Below, piece by piece: positions 1-11,681 of a stretch of 64,000 nt of DNA. The stretch is from positions 1 to 64,000 of the forward strand of contig JAAILG010000467.1 in assembly GCA_012026655.1 (NCBI GenBank), written 5' to 3'. The stretch is from Hydrolagus affinis (taxonomy: Eukaryota). The position numbers were made by a program, and so were the translations under genes. The notes under the pieces are model-generated. The model did no database searches. It was not told where the DNA came from and saw nothing but the letters and a program-made list of their open reading frames with translations. Numbering within the stretch: the first letter of the stretch is position 1; each line of letters begins with the position of its first letter.

Positions 1-39
1 TGGTGTCCTACAAATATTAATGTTTTGGAAGTAGTAATT

Positions 40-420
40 GGCATGCCTGTGCCCAGATGTAACAAATTAGGCGGAGTCATGCATCATTTGTCACTGTGCT
101 ATAACGGAGAAGGGGATTAAAGCAAAACACGAGAATGATAGATTTTGTCGTATGTTGGTGACGGTATCGACGCAATTAGCAGCCTAATGAAGCGCTGCAC
201 ATCAGTATTAGTGTCACCACTGAAGACTGTGATTCCACATGGGGCAGCCCTCAGCTTGTAGGTAGCTCATTCCCTAATTACATCTTCCTATATATCAAAT
301 CGGGTTTAACATCCGGTCGTCGCCAAATTACAATCTTAAATTGCACCTAATTTGTCAGAGGAATTCCAGGGCAGGTAGTTTCTACATGTATTTAATGTGC
401 CGACTTGTGAACGACACGGA
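40..420. promoter_or_regulatory. Candidate enhancer / conserved non-coding element
   Basis: Unique, CpG-retaining sequence with homeodomain cores: CAATTAG-cagc-CTAATG (173-189), CTAATTA (274-280), CTAATTTGTCA. Function inferred from motif content only. Confidence 0.35.
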
Positions 421-493
421 AAGTCGTGTTCGTCACCATGAGGCTATCTGACCTCAAGTCAAGTGCCCACCAAGAGAATACTCTACCGCCCAT

Positions 494-518
494 ACACACA
501 CACACACACACACACACA
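494..518. repeat. (AC)n microsatellite
   Basis: Direct reading. Confidence 0.95.
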
Positions 519-882
519 CCCAACTCTGCCCCATTCCTGACCCTGGCAGAGAAAGCTTTGGACCGCCCAGAAGAGGAGGTGTTTGTTTGCCAAACTTTCC
601 AACATTTCTGAATACAGATTTGTGAAAGCCAACTGGATAGCTGTCTGCAAACTATTCAGGTGGTCGTTTTTAACCATTGCTTCCCACAGAAATATTAACC
701 CATTTGGTAGGAAATAAGCGAATGTGCCAGGATTTCACACGTCGTTCTCTCTTGGTCTCAAACACTGCACCCCAACCTGCTCAGTACCACACTTTAGGAG
801 TTACCAACGAGTAATTCAGTTGGAGCATTTTGATGCATAACTTTTATATATAATAGATCGATTGTCTTACATTTGCCGTCAA

Positions 883-960
883 TTACAGCAACAAATTATA
901 TTTGTATAGCACCTTTCATGTCAGGAGTAAGTCCCAAGACACTGGACTGTCAGGGATCTG
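883..960 (-). mobile_element. L2 LINE 3' tail fragment
   Basis: caacaaattatatttgtatagcacctttcatgtcaggagtaagtcccaag matches the tail of the longer L2 copies at 49048, 53322 and 60188. Confidence 0.7.
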
Positions 961-1689
961 GCACTTCCCGCGATATCATCCTTAATGTTGATAATTTGGG
1001 TGTACCTGCCATACTTCTAACATCTAAACTAACATATCTTGCAGTGTTAGAACCAGCTAATTTTGACCATTGCATACAGAGGCACCAACAACCAGCATCA
1101 AAGACATTGTCAGATTTTGACAGTCGTTGTCTCTTCAAGTATGTTCAATTTGCACAAAACTCTGAAATACAGAAACCAACTTCATAAACCCACATCTCCC
1201 GCGAGGCATATATATATATATATTTTGCATTAAACGAATACACTGGTTTTACACTGTAAACCACTGGGATGGATGCTGCATTCTATTCGTTGTGGACTGG
1301 ACATTAAAAGTGGAGTGTTAACAGACAAGCCAGCACCACCACTGTAATCAAAGCAACTGGTGTCACACAACTACATAAAAAGCAGCTTGTGAAAAAGGCC
1401 CGCTTAGAAAGCGACATATTTAAAGTTAGCAAAATGCTGGTCTGCTGCTTCAATTATAAAATGTCCCTGGCAATGAGAGGCTGGTGACCGTATCTGTATT
1501 TGAGTGCACTCTCTTGGAATTCTGCCTTCTGCAACTTCGCGGTTATGTGAAGACAGGAACAAAATGTCAGCCTAATCATTTTTGACCTCAATGAAACCAA
1601 TTTAGCACTCAGAATTGTGTGGTGAGGGTACCCTTAACCGTACAGTACTGTGTTATTACACTGTGGAATTGGATCTAGGACTGAAGAAG

Positions 1690-1769
1690 TGTGTGTCTGT
1701 GTGTGTGTCTGTGTGTGAGGGGAGAGAGTGAGATAGAGAGAGAGTGAGATAGAGAGAGAAAGAGAGAGA
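1690..1769. repeat. Compound (TG)n/(AG)n microsatellite
   Basis: Direct reading. Confidence 0.9.
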
Positions 1770-1891
1770 TGACAACCACTCAAAGATATAATGCTTACCT
1801 GCGATTGGAAGGGTCCATTTTTTGAATGTGCAATTAACGAACTAGTCAGTGACAGTCCCCTCTAGTGCCAATACGTACCCAAATTCTCCAA

Positions 1892-2164
1892 CAAAAACAG
1901 AAGTCGTTGGGAACACTCAGCAGGTCAGGCAACATCTATGGAGAAATGAAAGTCAGTCAACGGTTCGGGACCACGACTCTGCGTCAGAACTGGGGCATGT
2001 GGCGAATAAGAGGCTTTTAAAGACCAAAAAAAATGTTGGGAGCCTCTCCCTTCCAACTTGCCCCAGTTCTGACGAAGGGTCGTGGATCCGAAACGTTGAC
2101 TCACTTTTCCCTTCTCCATAGATGCTGCCTGACCTGCTGAGTGTTCCCAGCGACTACTGTTTTG
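1892..2164. mobile_element. Fold-back (inverted) Penelope-like terminal repeat, copy 1
   Basis: Arms 1892-1997 and 2059-2164 (about 105 bp) are reverse complements around a 61-bp spacer. The same family occurs at 6966, 12316 and 31790. It contains the CTGAnGAAGGG...CCGAAACGT motif typical of PLE termini. Confidence 0.75.
2065..2101 (+). ncRNA. Minimal type-I hammerhead ribozyme motif (PLE-associated)
   Basis: AGTT-CTGACGA-A-GGGTC-GTG-GATCC-GAAA-CG-TT-GACT. It has the CUGANGA and GAAA cores, 5-bp stem II, stem I AGUU/GACU, and palindromic AACGUU in place of stem III. Predicted cleavage after GUU (2097). Confidence 0.65.
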
Positions 2165-4809
2165 CTAATGAATTAAATCACTAACAAATTGAACATTTGT
2201 TCTTGAACTAGATCAAACACCATAGAAGTTAAAGAAACCCTTGGATCAAGTTCAATTAATGTTGGCATTAAAAAGCTGGAAAGATGACCACATTAAAGTG
2301 AAAGATTGGTCTGTATAAAAAGTTAAAACAATCTTTGTAAAATATGTCCTGACATACAAATTTTAGAAAACCATTATATTTTAAGAGTATCAGATTATAG
2401 GTTTGTAGTTTCAATTTGGCCTCAATTTCAGTATTTCTGTTTTGTTTATGTTTAAACATCCATTCCTATAAAATACTATTGTTCCTGACTCTAGATTTTT
2501 GGTGGTATAAATCCATATGGAAATCATTGAAACAACCATCATCATCAATTATTCTTTAATGAATTTAATATGTTTCTTTTTAATGTGATGGCAATTATCC
2601 ATTTTCTTGGATTTCTATCCCTAGATATGTATGGTTCCCGATCCTATCATTTGAGTTTATGAAGTTGAAAGCTAGAAAATTCTGAATGTATGAAATGTAA
2701 AATCACTAAACAATAAAAGATTGGAATAAGGAGCATTGTGAAAGAAAAGGACGAATTATTAATTCATGTGCAAATTGTTTTAAATATTTTGCTTTTGTAT
2801 TGCTGTTCACTGGATAATTAATTAATTAATTTAGAAGTCCAGCAGAGGTGAGGGATACCACATGTGAAAACTAACAGAAAGATTTAGCCTAGCACATCTG
2901 TGTCTCATTCTATTGAACTTCGCTACAATGCTCTTCTACTTTAGGAATGGAATACTGTGGCAGTGAGACAGTATTTAGGATGGAGGGGGTTCTAATCGGA
3001 TTGGTAGCTGAATGACAAAATACATATTTGATTTGCTGCTGGCTTTCAATTGGAATTTAGTTGGGATTTAGTCATGATTGACGAACTCCATTGACAATCT
3101 TCTTTTAATTTGCTAATTAAATTTCGTGGTTATTTTCAATGCTGAAAATGTCTTACAATCATTTTAAGTAATGATCAGAATCGATGGTGGGGATCACTGG
3201 AGGCACATTTTAGGGTGACTTTAGATCACATTTCAGGGTGACTATGAGTCTTGTGTGAGAAACAATGACTTCCACAAGGGAAACAGAGACATTCAAAATA
3301 GATAGGTGTAGGGGCTGCAATCTTTCCAAGTGGTTAAATCTATCCACTGTAAATGACATTGTTGTGAAAACACATGCATGGTATGTAAAGCATTTTCGTG
3401 AGAGCATTCCGAGCTACTTTGCAAAAAAAAATCAGCTAGTTCCTAAAACCCAAACATTCTGAAACCAATGTTTCAAATAAAACACAGGATTTTATATAAA
3501 ATATGCTCCACCTGTAATATGGTTTTTTACAGGAGCCATAAAAACTTATTGGAATGTATCACATGCAAAGCAGAAACTTTATCTTGGGTTATCCACAAAA
3601 CATGTGGCCAAAACTTACAACTTTTGTTTCCCATCCAAACCCCCACTCTGCCATTCCCCCCCAAATTGGAGCTCAAATACAGGGGGCCAACGGTGGCGTT
3701 GGATCAGTCAGTGCAGTCACTTCTTGTTTATCTACATTCCAATCCCCCTCGCTGTTAATAATCTCTTCCAGCAGTCAATTCTTTTTTTCTCAGAAAAGAA
3801 CAGGAGTTCTGACTGCTAGTAAGGGTACCGCCACATTAATGCATTGAAATCAAGGTTTCAATGCATTTTTGAGGGACTTTAATGGTTTGTCCACCTCAGG
3901 GTGTAATGCAGCCGAAGTAGACCTGCTATGTGTTGCCTAAGCTTACATTAGCAATGGCTCATTGGCTGCTGCTGCATGTGGGAATTCTCAGATTTTCAAG
4001 CTGTCATCCAGACAGTCTTGAGGACATATGCAATCTCTGCGAAACGGTCTAGTTAGAATTAGAACACCGGAAGCAAGACAAGGAACCAGGGCAGTATCTT
4101 GAGTGTGTTGGGGGCAACCTTAAGGAAGTATATACTCTTTGAAGCAACAGAAGCAACGACCAAATATTGGTATTCCACTGAGAAAGCAGAATGCCTCCGC
4201 ATCTGGGAAGCACAGACAACCATGTGCACACACACCACAGTGCACTTAGCACTCATATCAATGGGGTTCACCACACACAACTTGTGTTTTTCTAAATCAA
4301 AGCTTTTTTAAAAAAAACAGCATTGTATCTATTTGTATTTACTATATTGACTGTAAAGCAGCAAAGATTATCCCATGCCCGATCCCATTCATGTATATTG
4401 AAAAGCGAGAAGTGAGAAGACTGTTGTTGACTTTACATAAGCTTTGTTGACTTTACATATTGCATTTTTGTGCTCCTCTAGTTAGACAGGGAATCGATTC
4501 ACTTGAGGGAGCATTCCTTTAAGGAGCATAACTGCTGCCAAATGAAACGACTCCTGCCACAATGTTAACAGTTTGAAGCTTGGAAATGTTTTGTAGTTTT
4601 GTTTCAAATTTGAATCAATCTTCATCCCTTAGGTATTTTTAAATTTGGGGAGTTCAGGCTTCTAAACAACTAAATATTCTTGGATTACAATGTTTCTGCT
4701 TTACCCTGCTACCACAGGGGGAAAACAAAACTCTGTGTAAAGACTGCGGAAAATCCTTCTTTCTCCGTAAACTAGGGCATACATCCTATCTTCAAAAACA
4801 TCAAGGCTG

Positions 4810-5340
4810 ATGCCCCTCCGGATTGTGATGTTGCATGACTAACAGTACACCACAAAGATCTTACACACTTTTTGTGGTGCATACTGCAGGGTGCCTTTCA
4901 ATCCATTCAAGCTGTCCGATCTGTCTGAATCTTTAACTTCAGCATCTCAAATGTTCTTTCTGTGGTTGCTGTGGTGGCTTTGTGTGTCTTATTATACCAT
5001 TGCCCTGCTGGAGTTTGCAGATTATTGGGAGGCATTATGAGCCAGGATTTTAGAGCATAGTCATTGTCACCCAGAGACCAGCCCTGAAGACTGCTATCTT
5101 TCTTCAAGCCATTTGGGAGTGTGGATTAACGCAATGCAAAAGTTCATGGTTACCTCAGGATGCTCAGCACAAAACAAAAACATTTTTTTCTTTGGGAATC
5201 ATAAACTATGTTCACAAAACGGTCGCCCTGTGGGTCTGTATATGTATGATCCGCTGTATGTCAGAGCAATATTTTTTATGCTGCACGGAATTCCACGTGG
5301 GTCATACCTAGGATGTACAGAAGCCCCACAATTGCAATAA
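4810..5340 (-). pseudogene. PIF/Harbinger DDE transposase fossil (C-terminal half, frameshifted)
   Basis: Minus frames give GWSLGDNDYALKSWLIMP..QTPAGQWYNKTHKATTATTERTFEMLK, then LKGTLQYAPQKVCKIFVVYC*SCNI. This matches Harbinger/HARBI1-type motifs (LLGDSGY..W L.TP..YN..H..R..IERTFG.LK..GG.LQY.P.KV..I..C.LHN). Confidence 0.85.
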
Positions 5341-5354
5341 AAACATGGCAACTT

Positions 5355-5693
5355 CACGGGCTAGTAGGTAAAGGCAACTCCCAGTGTGGTGTAAATCCAT
5401 CCAGACCAGAAAGTCGCAGGTTTGAATCTCTCTCTAGGGTGAGTAGCTGATGCGAACTGGGGCAGTATTGGATTCGGATCGAGTGTCTAGCCTAGACTAG
5501 TACTGTTGTCCCATTTGATACAATCATCGCGTTACCAATCCATAGAACATGTGTGTGTGAACATTGGCTGTGATACCTGCGTAACTCAAATAGCCCGCTG
5601 GCGTGTTCCCGGCATCAGATCCGACATAAAAATGGACAACATGGACATTTTGTGAACAGAAGGCAGCTCAGAGCCTGTGGAACTCTACTGTAC
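5355..5693 (+). mobile_element. Ancient tRNA-derived SINE, MER131-like, near full length
   Basis: Head gggctagtaggtaaaggcaactcccagtgtgg...cagaccagaaagtcgcaggtttgaatc; body ggctgtgat..aatagcccgc..aaaatggacaac. Colinear with copies at 26015, 26700, 29935 and 57235. Family name from recall. Confidence 0.65.
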
Positions 5694-5739
5694 CACAGTG
5701 GCTGGGTTTTTTTTTGAAAAAAAAGAAGTGGGAAATAGA

Positions 5740-6560
5740 AAAATAAATGACAGGTTAAGTATTGCCTGTTGCTTCTCGGATTTTAGAAAATGAATAAATC
5801 GAGAAGCTTTCAGCGGCGTGGGCCTGTGGAGGCAATTCAACATGATGAATTGCCAGCTCCCAGTGTAATCTCTCCCCGATGTCAACCTGTTGAAATTCAT
5901 GGCTGTATAATTCGTATACCTACAGATAATGTCCTGACTTGTCAGGGTTTAATAGATGACCCATAACCTTGAACTTGTCTCTGCCGACGTGAAGACAACC
6001 GCGCGCGTTGCTATTTAATTACCGCAGAAAAAAAATCCATTCTCTCTCACCCCGAAGATTCTTCGCAAAGGACGATCTCTCCAACTTCCAGATTATTTCT
6101 CCTTCTTCTGTTCCTCTCCGCGCTGCCGTTAGACAGCGCCAAGTCAAACTCCAATCTCATGTGGCAGCTAAATTCAATAACATGGTTACAGAAGCGAATG
6201 GGTACCGAGGCCGATTTAAACGCAAACCGTGATTTACTGCTAAGGTGGAATGTGGGAGTGTTGATACGGGGAAAAAAAAACGCAGATTGGCTTGATTTGA
6301 TAATTGGTTAAAATGGCATTTATTGGCCAGTTATACCTCAGTTGACAAGCTGCCCGCACCAGCCAACAGACCAGGCTCTTTAATACACTTTGCTCCACAC
6401 TCCCATTTGGCTCAGTGCAAGTGATGGGGAGTCTTTGCGCTCGAATGGTATTTAAATGTTACCTTTCTTGAGGATTAGGAGACCCATCAGCTCGTTAATA
6501 ATGTCACATCCCTTAAAAGGGCGATCCAAGGTTTCACCCCAGTCATGTTTGAACTGAATT
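5740..6560. promoter_or_regulatory. CpG-retaining unique block, candidate enhancer
   Basis: Many CpGs (e.g. accgcgcgcg near 6000), TGATTTAC near 6230, several TAAT/TGACA sites, no repeat similarity seen. Confidence 0.35.
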
Positions 6561-6965
6561 CTTTAAAATGCAAAGTCGAAAAAGGGTGTAGGACGCTTCT
6601 CTGGTGGTGGGGGGTGGGCACTGAAACTTTAAGGAGTTTATACCACTGCAGATGTTGTATCAGTTTAAACTCCCCTCGCTCCCTCCCCCCCAAATTCTAT
6701 TAAACCAACAATAAACAGATTTGTGTCTGTGTCCCAATCCTTTACCCCGTTATATTCAAAAATGTAAAAAAAAACACAAGCAGACGTGTAAAATGTACCA
6801 TATTATTAACAACAGTGGGTTTCCAGATTGAACTGTTTCAAACGAAGCCATGAGATGCTGTATGTGATCACGATAATCTAAAAAAGATTTACCAGGTTGG
6901 GTCGGTGATCACATTATTCAGTTCCCTTCTTCAGAATACGCGGAATATATTTCGCTCTTCAAACT

Positions 6966-7146
6966 AAACGCCAAAATACTGCAGATGCTGGAAATCTGAA
7001 GCAAAAACAGAAGTCGCTGGGAACACTCAGCACGTCAGGGCAGCATCTATGGAGAAAGGAATGTCAACTCACTTCGTTGACTCACTTGCCTTTCTCCATC
7101 AATGTCGCTTGATTTACTGAGTGTTCCCAGCGACTTCTGTTTTTTT
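6966..7146. mobile_element. Fold-back Penelope-like terminal repeat, copy 2 (centre deleted)
   Basis: aaatactgcagatgctggaaatctgaagcaaaaacagaagtcgctgggaacactcag ... ctgagtgttcccagcgacttctgttttt. Same arms as copy 1; the hammerhead core is missing. Confidence 0.75.
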
Positions 7147-8254
7147 TTGTGTGTTAGTTATTCCTCTTGATCACATTCGTTTCAGTATGAAAAAAAGGTA
7201 GATCGGTTCAAATACTGGAAGTCAAAGCAAAAGTTCCGAGGAGGGAAATAAATGAATTTTTATTTACACTTCAGGGTAGAATGATTGAAATTTAGCTCTC
7301 CTTTTTCGAGCGAGATTATCAAGCACACAAATCTGCAGCTAAACCACCGAGCTGCCTATTTACATACATTTTAATAAACAGTACCACACAGGAATGCAAT
7401 TAAGTTAGTAACACCCGTTAATTCAATTGGATTCAGCACCTGTGGCCTTTGAATGCATAACAATGAAGCTAACCATTTTGAAACCTTAAAGTGGCATTTC
7501 AAACGCTTTGCAGTTTCAAACATGGATTTCACCACCCAACATGGTCCCACGTTAACGTTTGTGAATTATTGTGGGAGAATCTATTTGCAACAATTCATAC
7601 AAATATTTTACAAGGAGCTAACATAGCTGATATGAATATTACAAATCTGTTTAGGACCATCAATTGTCATCCTGTTATCCCTATGGAACACATATCAATC
7701 GAATTTGACCAAAGCATTTCTTTTTATATTAGAGTGACGAAGACGAAAGCATTACTAAACACTCAGGTTTAATTATTTGACTTATGGATCTCTATATTTC
7801 TTTTCAAGGGAAATGTTAACATCTTTCTTGTTTCCTGTACTCTTGAGTAGGTTGATTTTAAGAAAATGCACACTGAAACAAGAATGACTAGGAATGGTGA
7901 ATGAAAAGAACGTAGATTATCTAATTACTAATGATGAATTGTGAAGCAGTACTCTAAGGTTATTAGTATGTGGTAGTCATCATTGTCTACCATCTAAAGC
8001 TCTGTGTAAGGGTACTACTTTTGAAAGTTATTTTATGTAATTATGGGATTATCAATCAATTGTCAGATCTATTGCCTGATGATTTCCCAGTTGGTGGGAA
8101 AGAGTGAAAACTGATTTTAGTACATGATATCAATCCTGTGTAATGATGCATTATACATAGGAATAATAGATGTCCTGGGAATGCTTGCAAGGCTATAGCC
8201 TCATCATTGCATCATTACCCTCACATGTATAATTTCTATGGTGGCAGGGATTGT

Positions 8255-8365
8255 TACTCGATAGTTATCTGGATAATTTGATCTCCTTTTTGTTAGGAAT
8301 TATTAACAAGGGTCACAGTTTCAAGATAGTTAAAACAAAGAAGTTTGGGAGATGTTAAGATGATG
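8255..8365 (+). mobile_element. Degenerate CR1 LINE ORF2 C-terminal fragment
   Basis: aacaagggtcacagtttcaagata resembles the TRGHSLKI motif seen intact in the CR1 copy at 61140. Confidence 0.45.
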
Positions 8366-9723
8366 GAGTACCAAATAAATATTTAATTTATACTGTGCAG
8401 GTTGGCTAAATGAAGTTAACTGAACATATTCTTGTGCCCTCGTTCAGAGTGACTTTTGCCTACATTGCTTTAAAACAAGCCAATCCTCTTCATTCAATTA
8501 ATCATTCCAGATATATTGGAAGAAACATCACTATATTTCTCCCTTTCTCTCTAGAATTGCACCACAGTGAACAATAATAACTCTATAAATGTATAAATCA
8601 TCAGTCAATAAGCAAAAATAATAGGGCAGATTTGTAACTCAGCATCAGTTAAAACTGGTTAAAACAGGTTATGAATTTATGTTTATTTCCAATCTAACAT
8701 ACCATACCTGTTTAACAGTTTTTTTTAAAAAAAACAAAGTTTTCCTGTTAATATTTGTGTTAATTGGTGTTTCTCGTCATTGGGCACTTATCTGCTGTGG
8801 CTGTTTTCAATTCTCTGTGGAAATATGACATTGTCTGGTAATTATGGTGAAGGTAACGTTGCCATTGGTAAGTGCATACTTCTTTAAATGGATAAGAACA
8901 TGGTGATGTTAACAAGCCCATTCCAGCTACTAACTTTGTCGATAGCAACTCACCTTAATTGTCTGTGTGTGCGGCTCAAATCCAAGTTAGGACCACCATG
9001 ACATTGCTTATTAAATGTGGTGACTGTCTTCTTTGTTTCTTGATGTTTCAATGTCAATGAGGGTACTTTGCTAATCATTTGAATCAGAGGAAATCATGCT
9101 ACAATCCAGATCCCTATCATTAAATGAGTCATCGGAAAAGGCCATGACAAGCCAGTCAGGTGTATTTCTCCATTACTCCTACTGTCCTTTAAACCCTCTT
9201 CAGATGGATTAGTTGACAGCAACATTCTCCCACTGAAATAGAGTTGGAATATGATTCCCCCAACCCAAACTTGTCACAATTCCCACCAACATCATTTAAT
9301 TGAAGCAGTGATTGTGTTAGAGTTAATTTCCTGACTACCCCATGTCAGCAGTGATGATAATGCACTTAGTTATTTTACTTAAAAGTGTGATATCTCCGTT
9401 TCTAAATGTCTTTTAACCAGAATACTGTAAGCAAAAATTCTTTATTATTTGCATACCTCAAACAATTTATTCACTTTTGCCTGTTCGTACAATACTTAGA
9501 GGATGTTGAAGATGCAGCTTCCTTTGTTTCCATGTTCATGGGAAACTCTGTGTGATGCATTAGTGATGAATTAGAGGAAGCGGATTACACAGATAGAAAA
9601 AGCATCAGTAACACAGACACAGAGATTTAGTGTTATATATTAAAAGCAGCATATAGATTTCTCGTCACATCATGACATATTATGTTATCACCAAATTGCA
9701 TAATTTTTAAAACTGTCATGAGA

Positions 9724-9785
9724 CAAACAACAAAATTACACTTGTATGGTGCCTTTCACATAACAAGGAAGTCCCAAGGCACTGA
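9724..9785 (-). mobile_element. L2 3' tail fragment
   Basis: caacaaaattacacttgtatggtgcctttcaca..aggaagtcccaaggc. Confidence 0.7.
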
Positions 9786-9814
9786 CAACTTATCTATATG
9801 CCTAAATTATTATT

Positions 9815-10045
9815 ATTAATAATAATATTTGCACTTAACATCAAAGTGCTTCACAAGCTTTGAGTAAACTCTAGTAACTATGTATTTGTAGATAAATGCC
9901 TCAACCAATTTGCTCACAGCAATGTCCCACAGGAAGTGAATGATCTATTTTATCTGAAGGTTTATTGACTAGTATACTGGTAGAATTCCACTTCTCTTTT
10001 TGAATAGTAGAATGGGATCTTCAAGGTTCATCTGTTCAGGAAGGC
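9815..10045 (-). mobile_element. Old Deu-domain SINE fragment (AmnSINE1/SacSINE-like)
   Basis: ccaatttgctcacagcaatgtcccaca and tttgaatagtagaatgggatcttcaaggttcatctg resemble the Deu core in reverse. Confidence 0.55.
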
Positions 10046-10124
10046 ATATTAAACATAGAGGGAATGAAAAATGAAGTCATCAATATCATGATTATCTTTA
10101 GTTTTAACTATGACTTCCTTTACT

Positions 10125-10255
10125 CCTTACACCTGTCCTCTATCCTTCCCGATCCCTACCCCGAGCTCAGGTCTGAAATACCATCTGTCCAGCACTTTGT
10201 GACATCCTCCCAACATGAAATGTGTTATACAAACATATTGTTTGTTGTTGTTGCT
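10125..10255 (+). mobile_element. L2 3' end
   Basis: C-rich 3' UTR, gtccagcactttgtgacatcctcccaacatgaaatgtgttataca, ending in (TTG)n. Confidence 0.7.
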
Positions 10256-10336
10256 GCCTTTCTCACGTTTCTTTACTATTCTTTTACAATTATTGTACAA
10301 CAACAACAAAATTACATTTGTAAAAGGAGTCTCAAA

Positions 10337-10581
10337 ATGATAATAATCCTTGCATTTGATAAAGCGCTTTTCACATCTTATTGACATCCCAAAGCGCTTC
10401 ACAGAATATACTGTAAAGTGAATTGACTGTATATTTGTGGGCGAATCGTGGCAGCCAATTGCGCACAGCAGTGTCCCACAAATCCAGTCATGGATTGAAA
10501 TGACCAATTTTATTATTGTGTTTTTTTGGGGGGACGGATTATTATTAGGCGTGTGGAGTAAGGAAACTTACCCAGGGTTTC
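10337..10581 (-). mobile_element. tRNA-derived SINE (SINE2-1_CM-like), 5'-truncated
   Basis: taataatccttgcatttgata..cacagaatatactgtaaagtgaattgactgtatatttgtgggcgaa..cagccaattgcgcacagcagtgtcccacaaa, shared with 12 other copies. Confidence 0.9.
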
Positions 10582-10865
10582 TTGAGTCATGCTTTCAAGG
10601 AGTCAAGGGAGGGAGCAAGGCAAAGGGATTGTGGGATGGGGTTCCAAAGGGTGGGGGCAGAGAAGCTGAAACCCCAGAGGCCAGTGCGAAGGCAGGGTGG
10701 GCAGGTGGTATGGAGCACGCTGGAATCTGCTGAATGAGGGATGGTTGATAGAGGGTTAGCAGATCAGAAAGGTAGGCCTTGAAAGTAAATGACAAGAATT
10801 TGAATTCTACCCTCTGAAGGGTGGGGAGCCAATGGAGCAAGGCGAGGGTGGGGGTGATCGATCAG
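10582..10865 (-). mobile_element. L2 LINE ORF2 C-terminal fragment
   Basis: Minus ORF LHWLPTLQRVEFKFLSFTFKAYLSDLL is the typical L2 LHWLP..RI.FK motif. Confidence 0.85.
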
Positions 10866-11221
10866 ACAATAGTATGTGGAGGGGAAGAAGTTTCAGAACA
10901 ACATGTAAAAATAATAATATTTGTTGGGAATCAGAAACTATGATTTATGTCAAGGGTGAAAAGGAGATGAAGGTTAACAGAGAGACGATGATGTTGAAAG
11001 CAACCTAGAAAAGGACATAGAATGCTCTGTAGTTAAATCAAAAGGCATGGATCAGATTGATGTTAAACTTTCAGATGAGGTCAACAAGTTTCACAACAAT
11101 GTTTTAAGATACTTCAACAAATATTAGATATGTTTGAACAAAACGTATGATGATGAAATGAAATATAGCCCCAAACTAATGAAGTTCAGTTCATGTTGGT
11201 TTCCATTCTTGGACACTGAAA

Positions 11222-11290
11222 ATAACAACAACAACAAAATTACATTTATAGAGTGCTTTTCAGGACAGGAGGACATCCCAAAGCACTGAG
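11222..11290 (-). mobile_element. L2 3' tail fragment
   Basis: (AAC)n aaaattacatttatagagtgcttttcagg..ggaggacatcccaaagcac. Confidence 0.7.
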
Positions 11291-11461
11291 GGAAACCTAC
11301 TATATGTGTTAATTATATCATCGAATGCTGATTTAATTGCCTGAAAGTCATTTTCTTGATCGGATTTGGTTTCAATTTAATACAATAAAATGTGTAAACA
11401 GTGGCTATTATCAAACTTCTGAAAAGGAAAAAGATAGATGATGTTGAATATTTTAACATCA

Positions 11462-11538
11462 TGTGGGTGGATGTGGATCTTGAACCTACAGCCTTCTGAG
11501 TCTAAGGCCACAGTGCTACCAACTGAGCCAATTGGCTT
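11462..11538 (-). mobile_element. tRNA-like SINE head (Deu-SINE type)
   Basis: Reverse strand tggctcagttggtagcac..agactcagaaggctgtaggttcaagatccac has Pol III A and B boxes; no tRNA acceptor stem. Confidence 0.6.
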
Positions 11539-11681
11539 ACAAACAGCAAAGAACCAGATAGCAAATAAATCTCTTGCCCCACAGCTCAACATTCTTTGAG
11601 ACTACAAATGGTACAGTTTTACACTCTGCTTTCTCCTCCAGTAGAATTTTGTTATAAATACTGACACCTATTGGATTTATG

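Noticed and set aside
4424-4459. 16-bp tandem duplication ttgttgactttacata (similar case at 18090-18143)
   Set aside because: Simple slippage duplications with two units only; not a CRISPR-like or other array.
7432-7440. REST/NRSE left half TTCAGCACC
   Set aside because: The right half (GGACAG) is absent.
10930-11215. Possible very old CR1 ORF2 fragment (also the pyrimidine-rich 61480-62300)
   Set aside because: Only faint resemblance (EKDI.., strand-skewed composition); no diagnostic motif I can defend.
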